A stretch of 64,000 nucleotides of DNA from the human T2T-CHM13v2.0 reference genome, Homo sapiens. The DNA lies in the NCBI RefSeq assembly GCF_009914755.1, contig NC_060943.1; one strand, 5' to 3'. This document shows positions 1-59,430 of this stretch, piece by piece. The first letter of the stretch is position 1. Each line of letters opens with the position of its first letter. The notes under the pieces are model-generated. The model worked only from the letters and a program-made list of their open reading frames with translations. It did no database searches and was not told the DNA's origin. The translations under genes were made by a program, and so were the position numbers.

Positions 1-939
1 GCTCGGTGGTATGCATCTGTGGTCCCAGCTACTCAAAAGGCTGAGGTGGGAGAATGCCACTTAAACCTGGGAGGTCAAGACTGTAGTGAGCCACGTTCAT
101 TGCACTGCACTCTAGCCTGGGAGAGAGAGTGAGACCCCATCTCAAAAAAAAAAAAAAAAAAAAACACACACCTATTATTTGCATGGTCTGTGCACACCGA
201 GCCACCCTTACTGGTTAACTGTCAACTGGGGACACTCTGAGAGCCAACTTCCCAGTTGCCAGCCAAGGACCAATCTTGGCAGCAGCCCCTCCTTAAGGAA
301 GGAGAGGGACCTTGGACCCGCCTGGTCAACCCTCAGCTGCACGGAGGAGGAACCATTTCACTTGGTGAATGGAGCGGATTGCTTAGGAGCTTTCAGTCTC
401 TGTGTGCCAGTATTATAATATGTCATAGCCTTTTACCCTTGTTCTATAAAACACCTTTGGAAAACGGAAAAAGGAAAGTGTGGGTTCTAGGGATAAAATG
501 AGAAGGTCTCTTAACAATGTCATTGGCACAAATAAGGTACTTGTCAAGTGTACCGGAAGTGCTTCATTTGGGAACTCATTGTGTGTTTAATTATTGAAGG
601 AAAAAGGAAAATTAAGAAATTTATTTTTGAAGCAAAAGACATAAAAAATTGGTGTTTTGATCTTATATGAAGTTTTCGGGGGCAATACTCATTTCCATTT
701 TTTCTCTATTAAATGTACTGTTAGATCATATTTTAGCATTAAATGTTGATGAAATTCTGTGTCTTTCAATTATGATAAGCAAAATGTAAGGCTTGTTTGG
801 ATTAAACAGCTCATCTGTTTTTCACTAAAAGTTATTCATCACATAGGACCTCCACATCTGATGGTTAGGCATGGATATATATACCTGATTCTTCCTGTTC
901 CCCTATCACACCTACTTTTAACTTTTTTCATTTTTTTAT

Positions 940-12975
<12,036 letters not shown>

Positions 12976-13131
12976 GTACTTGGAATCCTGTGTCCTGTCT
13001 CGTGGCAACAAGGCTATGTTCTGTTAGGAGTTACCTTAAACTGTGTAAAAATATTTTTTTTTAATCTGCTGCCATATTGTAGCTCAATACAATGTGAATT
13101 TGTTTTTCGTTTTGGGGTTTTTTTTTTTTGT

Positions 13132-13137
13132 AATAAA
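13132..13137 (+). terminator. SAFB: SAFB poly(A) signal AATAAA
   Basis: AATAAA ~160 nt after the stop, preceded by a U-rich tract and followed by U/GU-rich sequence. Confidence 0.85.
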
Positions 13138-13247
13138 TGTGTTTCCGTTCACATACCCTTTATTTAAAGTGTCATTTCTTTATTTCTGCCTCTTTAAATG
13201 AAACGAAATTAGACTTTTAGTTGTATTGATATACACTGATTGTTCCT

Positions 13248-19570
<6,323 letters not shown>

Positions 19571-20210
19571 TAACATATGGTCCCTTCCCTCAGGGAGCCT
19601 GCATCCTGTTGAGCTAAGTCACACAAACGCAAACTGTGGTGCCCAAGGAGAAGAAAAGGTGCTGAACTGTGCCTCAGAACAGGGGCATGGTGACCCTGCC
19701 TGTAGGAGAGGAGTCTGCCAGGATGAGGACGGGAGGGGTCTTACTCTCCTGCAAGGTGAGATGAGGCAGGGTGTGCAGGGACCTGGTGCCCCTGGAATGC
19801 AGAGATGGTGTGGGGGTTGAGGCCTGGAAGTTCTCTCCCAGCCTCAGCCTCAGCCTCAGCCTCAAGGAAACCACCCCTCCCCTTGGCCTGCCTCTTCCTT
19901 CTTCCAGAGACCACCCCTGGGGATGAAGGACACCAGCCCTCCGGTGGCATCAGTGCCACCAGAGGCCAGCAGAGGGGTCAGAGCACAGGGCTTCCACTGT
20001 TGCCTCTGCCATCGCCTGCCTCCAGGTAAGTTCTTGCAGTTTTCTGAGCCTCCGTTTGCTGACCTGTAAAATGAGGCTACTGAGCTGCTCTTAGGATTTC
20101 GGGATGAAGGCGCCATCACAGAACTGCATTCCCTCTCCCTCCAGCTCCAAAAACTGAATTCCGCCAAGGCGTAGAGCAGCTCTTAAGCCCAAGTTCACTG
20201 GGATCACTAC

Positions 20211-20480
20211 TGAAAGTGACAGGAGGCAGCCAAGTGTCTAGGCAGATAGGGACAGGTCCCAGTGAAACCCCACCTTCAAGCCAAAAATAGCCCAAAAGCT
20301 GAAAGACCAGACTGCTGGTCCTGGAGGAAACCCACCACCCAGAGTGAGAACTTCTGTTCCTGTTTGCCCACCCTTTCCTGGTTGATTCTTTCTGAACAAT
20401 GCCTTTTAACCAGTCGAATGTTGCCCTTTCTGATACTATCTATGGCCTGCCCCTCCCCTATTCTGAGCCTATAAAATCCT
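20211..20480 (+). mobile_element. ERV1 LTR 5' fragment (MER50-like), ending just after a TATA box
   Basis: TG start, gacaggaggcagccaag...taggcagatagg...gtgaaaccccaccttcaagcc, and CTATAAAA near 20469. Family from memory. Confidence 0.6.
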
Positions 20481-23121
20481 ACATGTCTACTGACAGCAAA
20501 CTCATTTCCAGGACCATGTTAGATGGGAAGACGCGTGGCTGTCAGCTGCTTCGGTTGTCACCTTGTCCTTTCAGATTTAATTAAAACTGGCTGCTCAGCA
20601 CTCAGCCCACACGGGGAGAAGCCAGGTTGCCGCTGGCCCGTATGGCACCGGATGGATGGGGCCAAAGGTGGGCTGAACATGCTCTGGGCTGGTACCATGG
20701 AGACCCTGAGCCCAGCATCCCCCCAGTCAGGGTTGGGGACCCTCAGGGCTCACGTTGCTCCTGGTTACCTTGGCTTTATTATTAAGAGACAGGGTCTCAC
20801 TGTGTCACCCAGGCTGGAGTGCGGTGGTGGAGTCATGGCTCACTGCAGACTCAATGTCCCAGTGATCCTCCTGCCTCAGCCGGGGCTACAGGCACATGCC
20901 ACCGCACCCAGCTAATCACCTCCATTTCTGCTGCACCCACCATTCCTTGGGATGGCGAGTTAGCACTCACTCCAGGCCAGGGCCGGGCAAAGTGCGCTCA
21001 AGGCTGGAGCGGGACCACGGGCAGCTGTGGTGACAGCTGAAAGGAAGGGCAGCCACTCGGTGTCCCCCACGCCCCAGCCCCAGCTGGCCTCCGCCTATGG
21101 ACTCCCCCTGCTCTCTCTTCTAGCTCTGCCCAGCCCACATCGTGATGGGCTAGCTTTCCCTGGACTCCGTTCCTAGCCCGTCCTGCTTCCAGCTATCGAG
21201 TGACCCCAGCTGTCAAATGGCACTGTGCCACATGCCAGCCTTGCCTTGCTCTGTGGTCTTGGCTGTGGGTGTGGTCAGGTGTTTCCCCAGCCCCTTCCCG
21301 CCTTCCCAAAGTCACCCCTAGACCTGCCTCAGCCACCTCTGCTTTCTGGAGCTCCACTTCCATGGCCCCCCAACTCCCCTGACCCCAGGCATGTTCTTGC
21401 ACACAGGTGCCAGTGGATGGGTGAGGACGAACTCATGGGATAAAGCCTGTGACCCCAGGGAAGAACTAAGCCACATTCGTGGAGCTGCAGGACCCGGCCG
21501 CCTGGATGGAGGGGAGGGGCCAGAAAGCAGCTGCTCACTGGCCTCGTCCAGTCCTTCCCCTCTAACAGTGACGGTAACAGGTGTGAGGCTGCAGAGGCCT
21601 CCTGGAGCGGACGGACGCCCTCTGGCCCAGCCATGGCATCACAGCACCGAGTGCAAACCCCTCCTGTCCTCACAGGCTGGGGCTGGGGCTGGGGCTGGGT
21701 GCCTGGGTGCGAGGCGACTAGAAATTCTGCATCCCCTGCGAGGGTTTGTGGTGAACAGCCTGGGCTCCGGACAGGCTGGGCAGACAGAACTGTCTGTCTG
21801 TGCAAGTTTCTTCGTCTGTAAAATGGGCCTGCAGTCTGCTCCTTCCTGGGCCTTCGGGAAGGACTTGGTGGACAGTGTCAGGGGACAGTGAGTGCGTGGG
21901 TGCTCCGGCGAGCACTGGCTTCCTCCTGCAGCACTGAGGGTCAGTGATGCTCCCCTGCCCTGCTCATCCCTCCCTCACCCTAGACCTGCCCCCACCACTG
22001 CTAAGGCCCAGTAAGGACAGGGGCATATCAGATGTGGGGGACCTGTCCCGGGACCACGCTCCTGGGGGGAATGGGGTGGGCAGGCCCTGTGGACTCCCCT
22101 TCTACCAGACTAGGCCGCTGCTCCCAGCCACACCCCTCCTACGCCCTGCTCAGGCCAGTGGCTTCTCCTCTCTGAGTGGGACAGTGGGGGAGATGCCCCG
22201 GCCTCTAGTCTCTGCTCCTCTCCTCTGTAACAGCTGTCCCCTCCTAAGCTCAGTTCCCTATACCAAGCAACATAAACCCCTGAACTCATGGGAACGGGGA
22301 CCCTGTCCCAGCTCGGTGAGCATCACCTGTCTGCTCCCTGCTCCCAGGGCAGCATCCTACGGAGGCCTCTGGCCCCACCCAAGCTCCCCACCACCCCCAT
22401 GTGTCTGGAGCCACCAGACTGGTTTCTGGGCACAGGCCTCTTGCCATCACCCAACCCCGTGGATCGCCCTCTGTGGCTGGGTGCTGGGAGCCTCCCAGGG
22501 CTCATGCCTGATGCGGGGGAACCATGCAGGCTGCCAGGTAGCCTGGCCAGTGTGCGGCAGGGGTGTCAGGGAAGGCGTCCCAGGGGAGAGGCAATGTCCG
22601 GGAGACCCTCTGAATGGCAACAAACACCTGGATTTCCTTCAATGACCAGGATTCCCCTGCTAGGGTTGTCGGGAGAGGGTGGAATGAGGGTGGAGTCCGG
22701 CCAAGGAAGGGCCGGGACAGGACTGCGGACAGGAGCTGAGGAGGGCAGGAACCAGTGGCCCTGGGGGCTCCTGCCCTGTGTCCCGCAGGGAAGCAGACCC
22801 CACTTCTATCCACTCTGGCTCTTCCACTGTCCTACCCTGGTCTCAGCCCTCCAAAACCAAGACCCTCCACAACCCAGGCTTGGCCAAAGCACTTTCCTGG
22901 CCCCAGAGCACAGCCTCTGGAGCACCGGGAGCAGCCGCTCTGACCTCTGACTCCCCGCACCAGAGCAGACGGCAAAGGGGAGTGCTATGGCCTGTGGTCA
23001 AGGTCAAGCCCTGACAAGCCATCAGGAGCCAGAAGCCCAGGCCTCGGTGCTCTGGGCACCACCAGGCCAACCCTGTGCTCCCTGGGGCCAGCACACGGGT
23101 CAGGGAACACTTCTGAAGTCC

Positions 23122-23127
23122 TTTATT
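23122..23127 (-). terminator. MICOS13: MICOS13 poly(A) signal AATAAA
   Basis: TTTATT on the + strand, ~110 nt downstream of the TAG. Confidence 0.85.
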
Positions 23128-23236
23128 GGGCCGGCAAGGCCGGGAGCTGCCCTCGGAGTGGGGTCCCAGTCCGGAGTCTTCAGGTCAGTGGCAGCCCTGC
23201 CCGTTCTGGCCGGGGCAGGCGGCCCCTGCTGACTCG

Positions 23237-25172
<1,936 letters not shown>

Positions 25173-25699
25173 GGTCGCTCGGATCCACGCGCAAGGACAC
25201 TCGGCTCGCCCGCCGCTTCCTGTCGCGGCGCCGCAGAGGCCTCTGGAAGGTGTAGTCTTTCTTGCCCGACGCAAGGTCCTCTGGGAGTCGTGGTGTCTTG
25301 CGGCTCTGAGACTCCAGAGAAGGGCTGCGGTCTCGCAGCGGAGGGCCGCTGGGAAATGGACGCTTTAAGGCCCGGGCCGCCGCAAGGCTGTCTGGGAAAT
25401 GTAGTCAGCACGGCGCTGTTTGCACCTGGCCGCGGAGCCTCCTGGGAAATGTAGTTCGGCCCGGCCCTGGCACCGTGAGGGGAAAGAGGCGTCAGGTGCC
25501 TGGCTGAAGCCTGAAGGTGACCCGAAAACAAGTCAGAGCCCGAGAGATCCACCCGCGCCCGCGCGGGGGACCAAGGGCCCGGATTTAAGAAGAGTGTGCC
25601 TACAAGGCGGTTGTCACGGCAACGAGAGGGCGGGATTGTTCGAGCGCTGCGGCCCCCTCACGTGATCGATTCGGAGGCGGGGCGTCCGCCCAGTGGGCG

Positions 25700-25957
25700 G
25701 GGCCGGGCCCCTGCTGGGAGGCGAAGACCAGGCGGGCACTGTTGCCCGGCGACGCTCCGGCGCTGGGTCCCCGAGGCCCGGCCCCTCCCCGGGAGGAGGT
25801 GGGCTTCGAGTCACGTGACCCGTGCCCTACGGGAGGGGGTGCGGTCGGGGACCCGGCAGGAGGCGGCCGAGAAGAGAGGACCGTGGGGGCGTTCGCGTGG
25901 CTCCCAGCCCGGGACCCCACCCCCGCTGGACAGTGGGGGAAACTGAGGCCTGAGCGG
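25700..25957 (+). other. HSD11B1L: HSD11B1L non-coding first exon (5' end approximate)
   Basis: Strong donor CGG|GTGAGT at 25957/25958 at the edge of the CpG island. The next acceptor, at 29504/29505, lies 14 nt before the ATG. Confidence 0.6.
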
Positions 25958-26104
25958 GTGAGTGCACGGTTTAGGGGTGCGCAGAGGGTCACACGCCCGC
26001 TTTGTTCAGAGGGGAAGCTAAGGCCCGCCGAGGTCAAGAAGGGGCCGATGCGTTCTGCAGGGCTTCCCCCCATTTCTCCCGCATTTCGGCCGGGCTGCTT
26101 CAAC

Positions 26105-26590
26105 CGTTCATCTGCCCATCCATCCATCTGTCCCCCACCCGTCTATCCATCTGGCCATCCACCCATCTATCCTTCCATCTATCCATCCACACTTCCGTTC
26201 ATCCATCTGTCCGCCCATCCATTCATCCATCTGCTCCCCCCATCCTTCCACTCATCCATCTGTCCACCCATCCATCTATTTATCTGGCCACCCACTCATC
26301 TATCCGTCCATCCATCCATCCATCCATCCATCCATCCATGCATCCGTCCGTCCATCCATCCATCCATCCATCCATCCATTTATGTGTTCCCATTTATCCA
26401 TTCATACATCCATCCACTCATCCATCTATCCACCCATACATCTCTCCGTCCATCATCCATCCATCCACCCATCCATCTATTCATCTGGCCATCCACCCAT
26501 CCATCCTTCTATCTATGCATCCATACATGCATCTGTCCATCTATCCATTCATCCATCCACCCATCCGTCCACCCGTCAGTCCATCTGGTC
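26105..26590. repeat. (CCAT)n tract in HSD11B1L intron 1
   Basis: Degenerate CCAT repeat with near-pure runs at ~26307-26378. Confidence 0.95.
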
Positions 26591-28237
26591 CCACTTCCCC
26601 CTGCCGGGCTGCTGCAGTCAGTGTAGAGCTGGGGGTGGAAAGAGGGATGAGCAGAGGAGCTTCATGGGCTGTCCCTGGAAGGGGAAAAGGTGGAAGCTCG
26701 TTTCTTGCTGTGGGCATGCCTGGTGTGTCTGGGAAAGGTGAGGAGTTCATTATTTTGAGAACTGAACGATTCATAGATGGGGCCGTGGGAGAGAAGGATA
26801 GACAGGTAGTCAGGGGCTATACCTGCAGGGCCTCATGGGGTGCAGTGAGGAGCCTGGTTTCCATCAGTTGCAGTGGGGACCCCTGAGAGGGTTTGGAGCA
26901 GGAAGGGCCATGGCCATGTTGCTTTTGACACAGACGCCTTTGGCTGCATTGACAGAAGAGGCAGGGAGAGAATGAGTATGGACATGGGGAAGCCAGTGTG
27001 GAGGTGGGGGAGACCAAATCGGAGATGGAAGGGAGGCCAAAGGAAAGATGGGGGTGGTCAGGCCCGGGGTAGGGTCTAGGAGGGAGGTGACAATCTGGGA
27101 GTCCTGGAGAGAGAGAGGAAGGGACAGCTGGGGAGAGACTGGAGAGGGAGAACTGATAAGATCTGAAAACCATGAGCTCGTGGGGGTGAAAGGATAGAAG
27201 GAGGTGAGGACAATACCTGGGTCTCCCATTTAGGGACAGGGGATAGTGGGGCTATTTCTGTGATGGTGAGCTGGGAAGAGAAGCAGGTATGGGGTGACAT
27301 GCTGAGCCTGGATTGGGTCCTGCTGGTTCTAAGGGGCCTGGAGGTTGTCAGGAGGAGACACCCAGAAGACAGCAGAGGCAAAGAACCTAGGGCTGGACCT
27401 ACAGATGGGAGATTTAGGGACTCCTCAATGATCCGCTCCATCTGGTCTGTCTCAGCTTCCTGGTTCTGGAAGTCCCCTTCCCCTTGTCCCATTGACTTTT
27501 TTTTTTTTTTTTTTTTTTTTTTAGACAGAGTCTCACTCTGTTGCCCAGGCTGGAATGCAGTGGGGCGATCTCAGCTCACTGCAATCTCCACCCCGCTGGG
27601 TTCAAGCAATTCTCCTGCCTCAGCAGGAGACCCCATCTCTACAAAAAATACGATGATTAGTTGGGCGTGCTGGTGCACCCACTTGTAGTCCTAGCTGCTC
27701 CATTGGCTGGGATCACAGGCATGTGCCAGCATGCCCAGCTAATTTAGTATTTTTAGTAGAGACTGGGTTTCTCCATGTTGGTCAGGCTGGTCTCGAACTC
27801 CCAGCCTCAAGTGATCCGCCCACCTCGGCCTCCCAAAATGCTGGGATTACAAAGTGTAATCCCAGCCTGTGCAACAAGAGTGAAACTCAGTCTCAAAAAA
27901 AAAAAAAAAAAAAAAGAACCTGGACTGTTTCTCTCTTTCACCTTCTCCCTGGAATTAGTGAATCAGCTCCCATAGCTGAAATCATAAATCATATCTTCAT
28001 CTGGATGACGCAGGCACCTCTGTCTCCAACCCAGCCCCATGTGTCAAATGCCTTCTGGGTGTCTCCAGAGAGCGAGCTGTCTCTTGGCTTCCTCACCTCT
28101 CGCCTCCCACGTGCCTCATATCACTCCATGATCAATCTGGTACCTATTGAGCACCTACTGTGTACCTGGCACAGTTTTGGGCCCTGAAGACCCAATAGGG
28201 AACAAAGTAGAAGATTTCCATTTCCTTCCTGCCCTTA

Positions 28238-28645
<408 letters not shown>

Positions 28646-29518
28646 TCACTGTTCTTTTTTTGTTTGTTTGTTTGTTTTTGATACGGAGTTTCGCTCTTGT
28701 TGCCTAGGCTGGAGTGCAATGGCAAATCTCGGCACACTACAACTTCTGCCTCCCAGGTTCAAGCGATTCTCCTGCCTCAGCCTCCCAAATATCTGGATTA
28801 CAGGCATGTGCGTGCCTCAGCCCCCTGAGTAGCTGGGATTACAGGCGCCTGCCACCGCGCCCGGCTAATTTTTGTATTTTTAATAGAGATGGGGTTTCAC
28901 CATGTTGGCCAGGCTGGTCTCGAACTCCTGATCTCAAGTGATTTGCCCGCCTCAGCCTCCCAAAGTGCTGGGATTCCAGGCATGAGCCACCACATCCAGC
29001 TGAAGGAGGTCACTTTTGCACTGAGACTTGAAAGAAGTGAGAGAGCAAGCCATTGGGTTATATCCGGGAACAGCATTCTAGGCAGTAGGAACAGCCCACG
29101 AGAAGGCCCTGAGGCAGGATAGTGACTGGCTGGTTTCAAGGAACAGCGAAGGGTCTGTTTTAGTGGAGCGGAGTGAGCAAGGAGGACAGGTCCACACAGG
29201 GCGTTTGTAGCCACCAAGGAGTCTGGTTTTTATTCTAACTGGAACAGGAAGGATTTTCAGTCCAGGAGAGGCAAGGTGTGCAGATGGAGAGGGCTGAGAA
29301 GGGTGGAGGGGGAGGGTGCAGGTGCGGTGGTTCATGGAGCCGCGGTGGTTCATGGAGCCACCGTGGTGGCCTGGACAGGTGGTGGCTGTGGAGGTGGATA
29401 GGAAGGCGTGGATCCAAGGCGGTGGCATCACCAAACACCCACCAAACACGGGTGGCTGTGGGCCAGGCCTGTGCCGGCCACCTCTGTCCCCTGTCCCTCT
29501 GCAGGCCCACACAGGACC

Positions 29519-32601
<3,083 letters not shown>

Positions 32602-32631
<30 letters not shown>

Positions 32632-32881
32632 GCACCGGGGGGTGCCCCTCCAGTCCCAGACGGCAATGTTCCTCCCTCCAACTGTCCCTGGAGCCAGAAC
32701 ACTCACAGAGACACCCCTGAGAGGGTGGCCACAGCCCAAGATGAAGTCATCAAGACAGAAAAGCAAAACCGAGAAAAACGACGGGCACCTGGAACCAGTC
32801 ACGGCTTGGGAGGTGCAGGTGCCCCGTGTTAGGCGCCTTTGTCGGGGACTTGCAAGGCCTCACCTGTTTGGCCATGATTGA
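32602..32881 (+). CDS. HSD11B1L: HSD11B1L alternative last coding segment (315-aa form, frameshifted C-terminus)
   Basis: Acceptor TTATCCGCCAG|G at 32601/32602. Joined to the exon ending at 32354 it reads ...AEAVRSSTSRPRQPEHRGVPLQSQTAM...RPHLFGHD*; 668+280 = 948 nt = 315 aa plus stop. Confidence 0.75.
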
Positions 32882-33184
32882 TGACGTGACTGCTTCCATT
32901 TTGCAGATGAGGAAACTAAGGCTCAGAGAGGCCACGCCACCCTTGAGCCACCCATGGACCCCTCTCCATCTCCTGCCTGCGCCTTTAAGTCCCTGATTTA
33001 TTCTTTCCATTCATTCCATCTGGGAGGAACCCCCCCAACTCCTGCCAGCTTCCCCTAGCTGGGGTCTCTGGTACTCTTCACACCTGCAGGGGCGTCTACA
33101 CTGTTCGTCTACCTGGTGGCAGGGTCTGAGCGGGAGGAGGAGGGAAAGAGTGTGTTCTGAGCTGGACCCAGCCTCTTGTTCGAG

Positions 33185-33190
33185 AATAAA
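33185..33190 (+). terminator. HSD11B1L: HSD11B1L poly(A) signal AATAAA
   Basis: First AATAAA after both stop codons, followed by U/GU-rich sequence (tctgttgttc). Confidence 0.8.
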
Positions 33191-33310
33191 AACTCTTCTT
33201 CTCTTGCATATCTGTTGTTCAAATTCCTTGGTAATTCCAATTTGCTAGCAGCCAGCGGGCAGCGGGAGGGGGTGTGTGTATCAGGGGCCTTGACTCTCAA
33301 TCCCATTTCA

Positions 33311-33454
<144 letters not shown>

Positions 33455-33469
33455 TTATTTATTTATTAG

Positions 33470-33682
<213 letters not shown>

Positions 33683-34135
33683 TGATCCCCCTGTCTCGGC
33701 CTCTCAAAGTGCTGGGATTACAGGTGTCAGCCACTGCACCCGGCCACAAACAAATATTTTAATTAAAAAATTAGCCAGGCGTGGTGGCATGTGCCTGTGG
33801 TCCCAGCTAAGGAGGCTAAGGCAGGAGGATCACTTGAGCCCTGGAAGTCAAGGCTACAATAAGCTATGATTACAGCAGTGCACTCTAGCCTGGGCGACAG
33901 AGCAAGACCCTGTCTGGAAAAAACATGAAAGCGCTAACCCTAATTAGAGCAGCCCTAAATTGAGACTCTCTTCTTGTATATTAGTAGCATTAAAGGAGAA
34001 AAACTGGAAACTTGTGTGTTTCTGCCACCCGATTCAGTTATTTAGCGTCCCGTCCCTACACCACCTAAATTACATCAGATGTCCGCAAGGGGCACTATTA
34101 CACGTTGCTGTATTCAGACCTAGTCTAGAGCTTGA

Positions 34136-34540
<405 letters not shown>

Positions 34541-34779
34541 TAGGCTGGTCTCGAGCTCCTGACCTCGTGATCCACATGCCTCGACCTCCCAAAGTGCTGA
34601 GATTACAGGCGTGAGCCACCGCGCCCGGCCTAATGGGCGTTTTAACAGTTCATACAGTTTGGTATTATTATTCCCGCTCTACAAGTGAAGAAATTCTGAG
34701 AGGTGATGTCGTCGATGCAGGGTCGGCCCGAAATAGGCGGAGTTGGGATTCGAACTCATTTCACAGGCAGAGGGAGGAG

Positions 34780-35017
34780 AGCAGCCATAGCCACCTCCAC
34801 TGGTTCCGACTCCAGCTCCCGGGCTCGCAGGAGTAAACGCGCATGCTCAGGGAGCTCGGTCGCGCATGCTCAGCGCAACGGCGGGGAAGACTCCAGCCGC
34901 CAGGGGGAGCGCGTGCCGTTCTTGCCTCTCTGGCCTGCGCCTCCTGAGCCGAGTAGATATCCCGGAGTTCCGCGCGGCGCCAGCCCTTCCGCCACGGCCG
35001 TCTCTGGAGAGCAGCAG
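34780..35017 (+). promoter_or_regulatory. RPL36: RPL36 promoter, polypyrimidine (TCT/5'TOP-type) start and non-coding exon 1 (~34984-35017)
   Basis: CpG island; two copies of CGCGCATGCTCAG (NRF1-like) at 34838-34850 and 34861-34873; CCCTTCC at 34984-34990; donor CAG|GTAAGT at 35017/35018. Confidence 0.8.
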
Positions 35018-35097
35018 GTAAGTGGTTTCCCGCACTGCCGGTATCCGCCGCCATCCGGACTCCCGGGTCCTCTGTGCAGGTTGGAGGATGGTTGGTT

Positions 35098-36340
<1,243 letters not shown>

Positions 36341-36536
36341 AGAACAGCTTGACAGAAGCCCTGGCTCTCCTGCTGTCCGTGGGTGGGTGTGGGTGTGTCG
36401 GGGGCCCGCAGTCCCCTGTCTGGTGCCCGCTCTGAGCCACACCCTCTCCGGGTGCTGCCTGGTCGTGAATCAAAAGCCGTGGCCCGCCCACCCTTCCCGG
36501 GGCAGCAGGTGAGGAAGCCGCCGTACTGCAAATGAC

Positions 36537-36549
36537 TTTAATCATTAAA
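36537..36549. terminator. Palindromic ATTAAA pair: LONP1 poly(A) signal (-) and candidate distal RPL36 signal (+)
   Basis: TTTAAT (36537-36542), C, ATTAAA (36544-36549); ~180 nt after the LONP1 stop. Confidence 0.75.
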
Positions 36550-36721
36550 TAGCTTCTATGCCACACTCTGATTAAGCCGACTGAGGTCCCTGGGATCTGG
36601 GTCACTGGACCGAGCTGCTCGCTCGGTGGCTCCACTGCCAGGTCCGGGCGCGCTCCCCACAGCGCTCAGTTCTGGCCCAGACAGGGCCTGACATCCGCCG
36701 CCTGCAGTCCCGGGGTGGCCG

Positions 36722-58960
<22,239 letters not shown>

Positions 58961-59301
58961 CTAGCATGACAATGACCCCAAAGTGAAATGCAGAGTAGAT
59001 TTTTTTTTTGAGACAGAGTCTCATTCTGTTGCCCTGGCTGGAATGTAATGGCGTGATCTCAGCTCACTGCAACCTCCACCCCCACTGAGTTCAAGGGATT
59101 CTCCTGCCTCAGCCTCCTGAGTAGCTGGGATTACAGGCATGCACCACCACACCTGGCTAATTTTTTTATTTTTAGTAGAGATGGGGTTTCACCATATTGG
59201 CCAGGTTGGTCTCGAACTCCTGACCTCAGGTGATCCACCCACCTCAGCCTCCCAAAATGCCGGGATTATAGGCGTGAGCCACCAAACGCAGCACAGGGTA
59301 G

Positions 59302-59430
<129 letters not shown>

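Noticed and set aside
181-900. Unique SAFB intronic sequence that might hold an exon or ncRNA
   Set aside because: Only weak splice sites and no recognisable RNA motif.
21329-22950. Several 150-230-aa ORFs downstream of MICOS13
   Set aside because: Overlapping on both strands in GC-rich DNA, with no recognisable domain or coherent exon chain.
25742-26886. Two 294-aa ORFs
   Set aside because: GC-rich promoter sequence plus CCAT repeat; no protein-like composition.
29324-29359. 18-bp tandem repeat GCGGTGGTTCATGGAGCC x2
   Set aside because: Real but small intronic slippage duplication with no evident function.
34776-34792. GGAGAGCAGCCATAGCC resembles the spliced RPL36 exon1/exon2 junction
   Set aside because: Short, imperfect and does not extend; compatible with chance.
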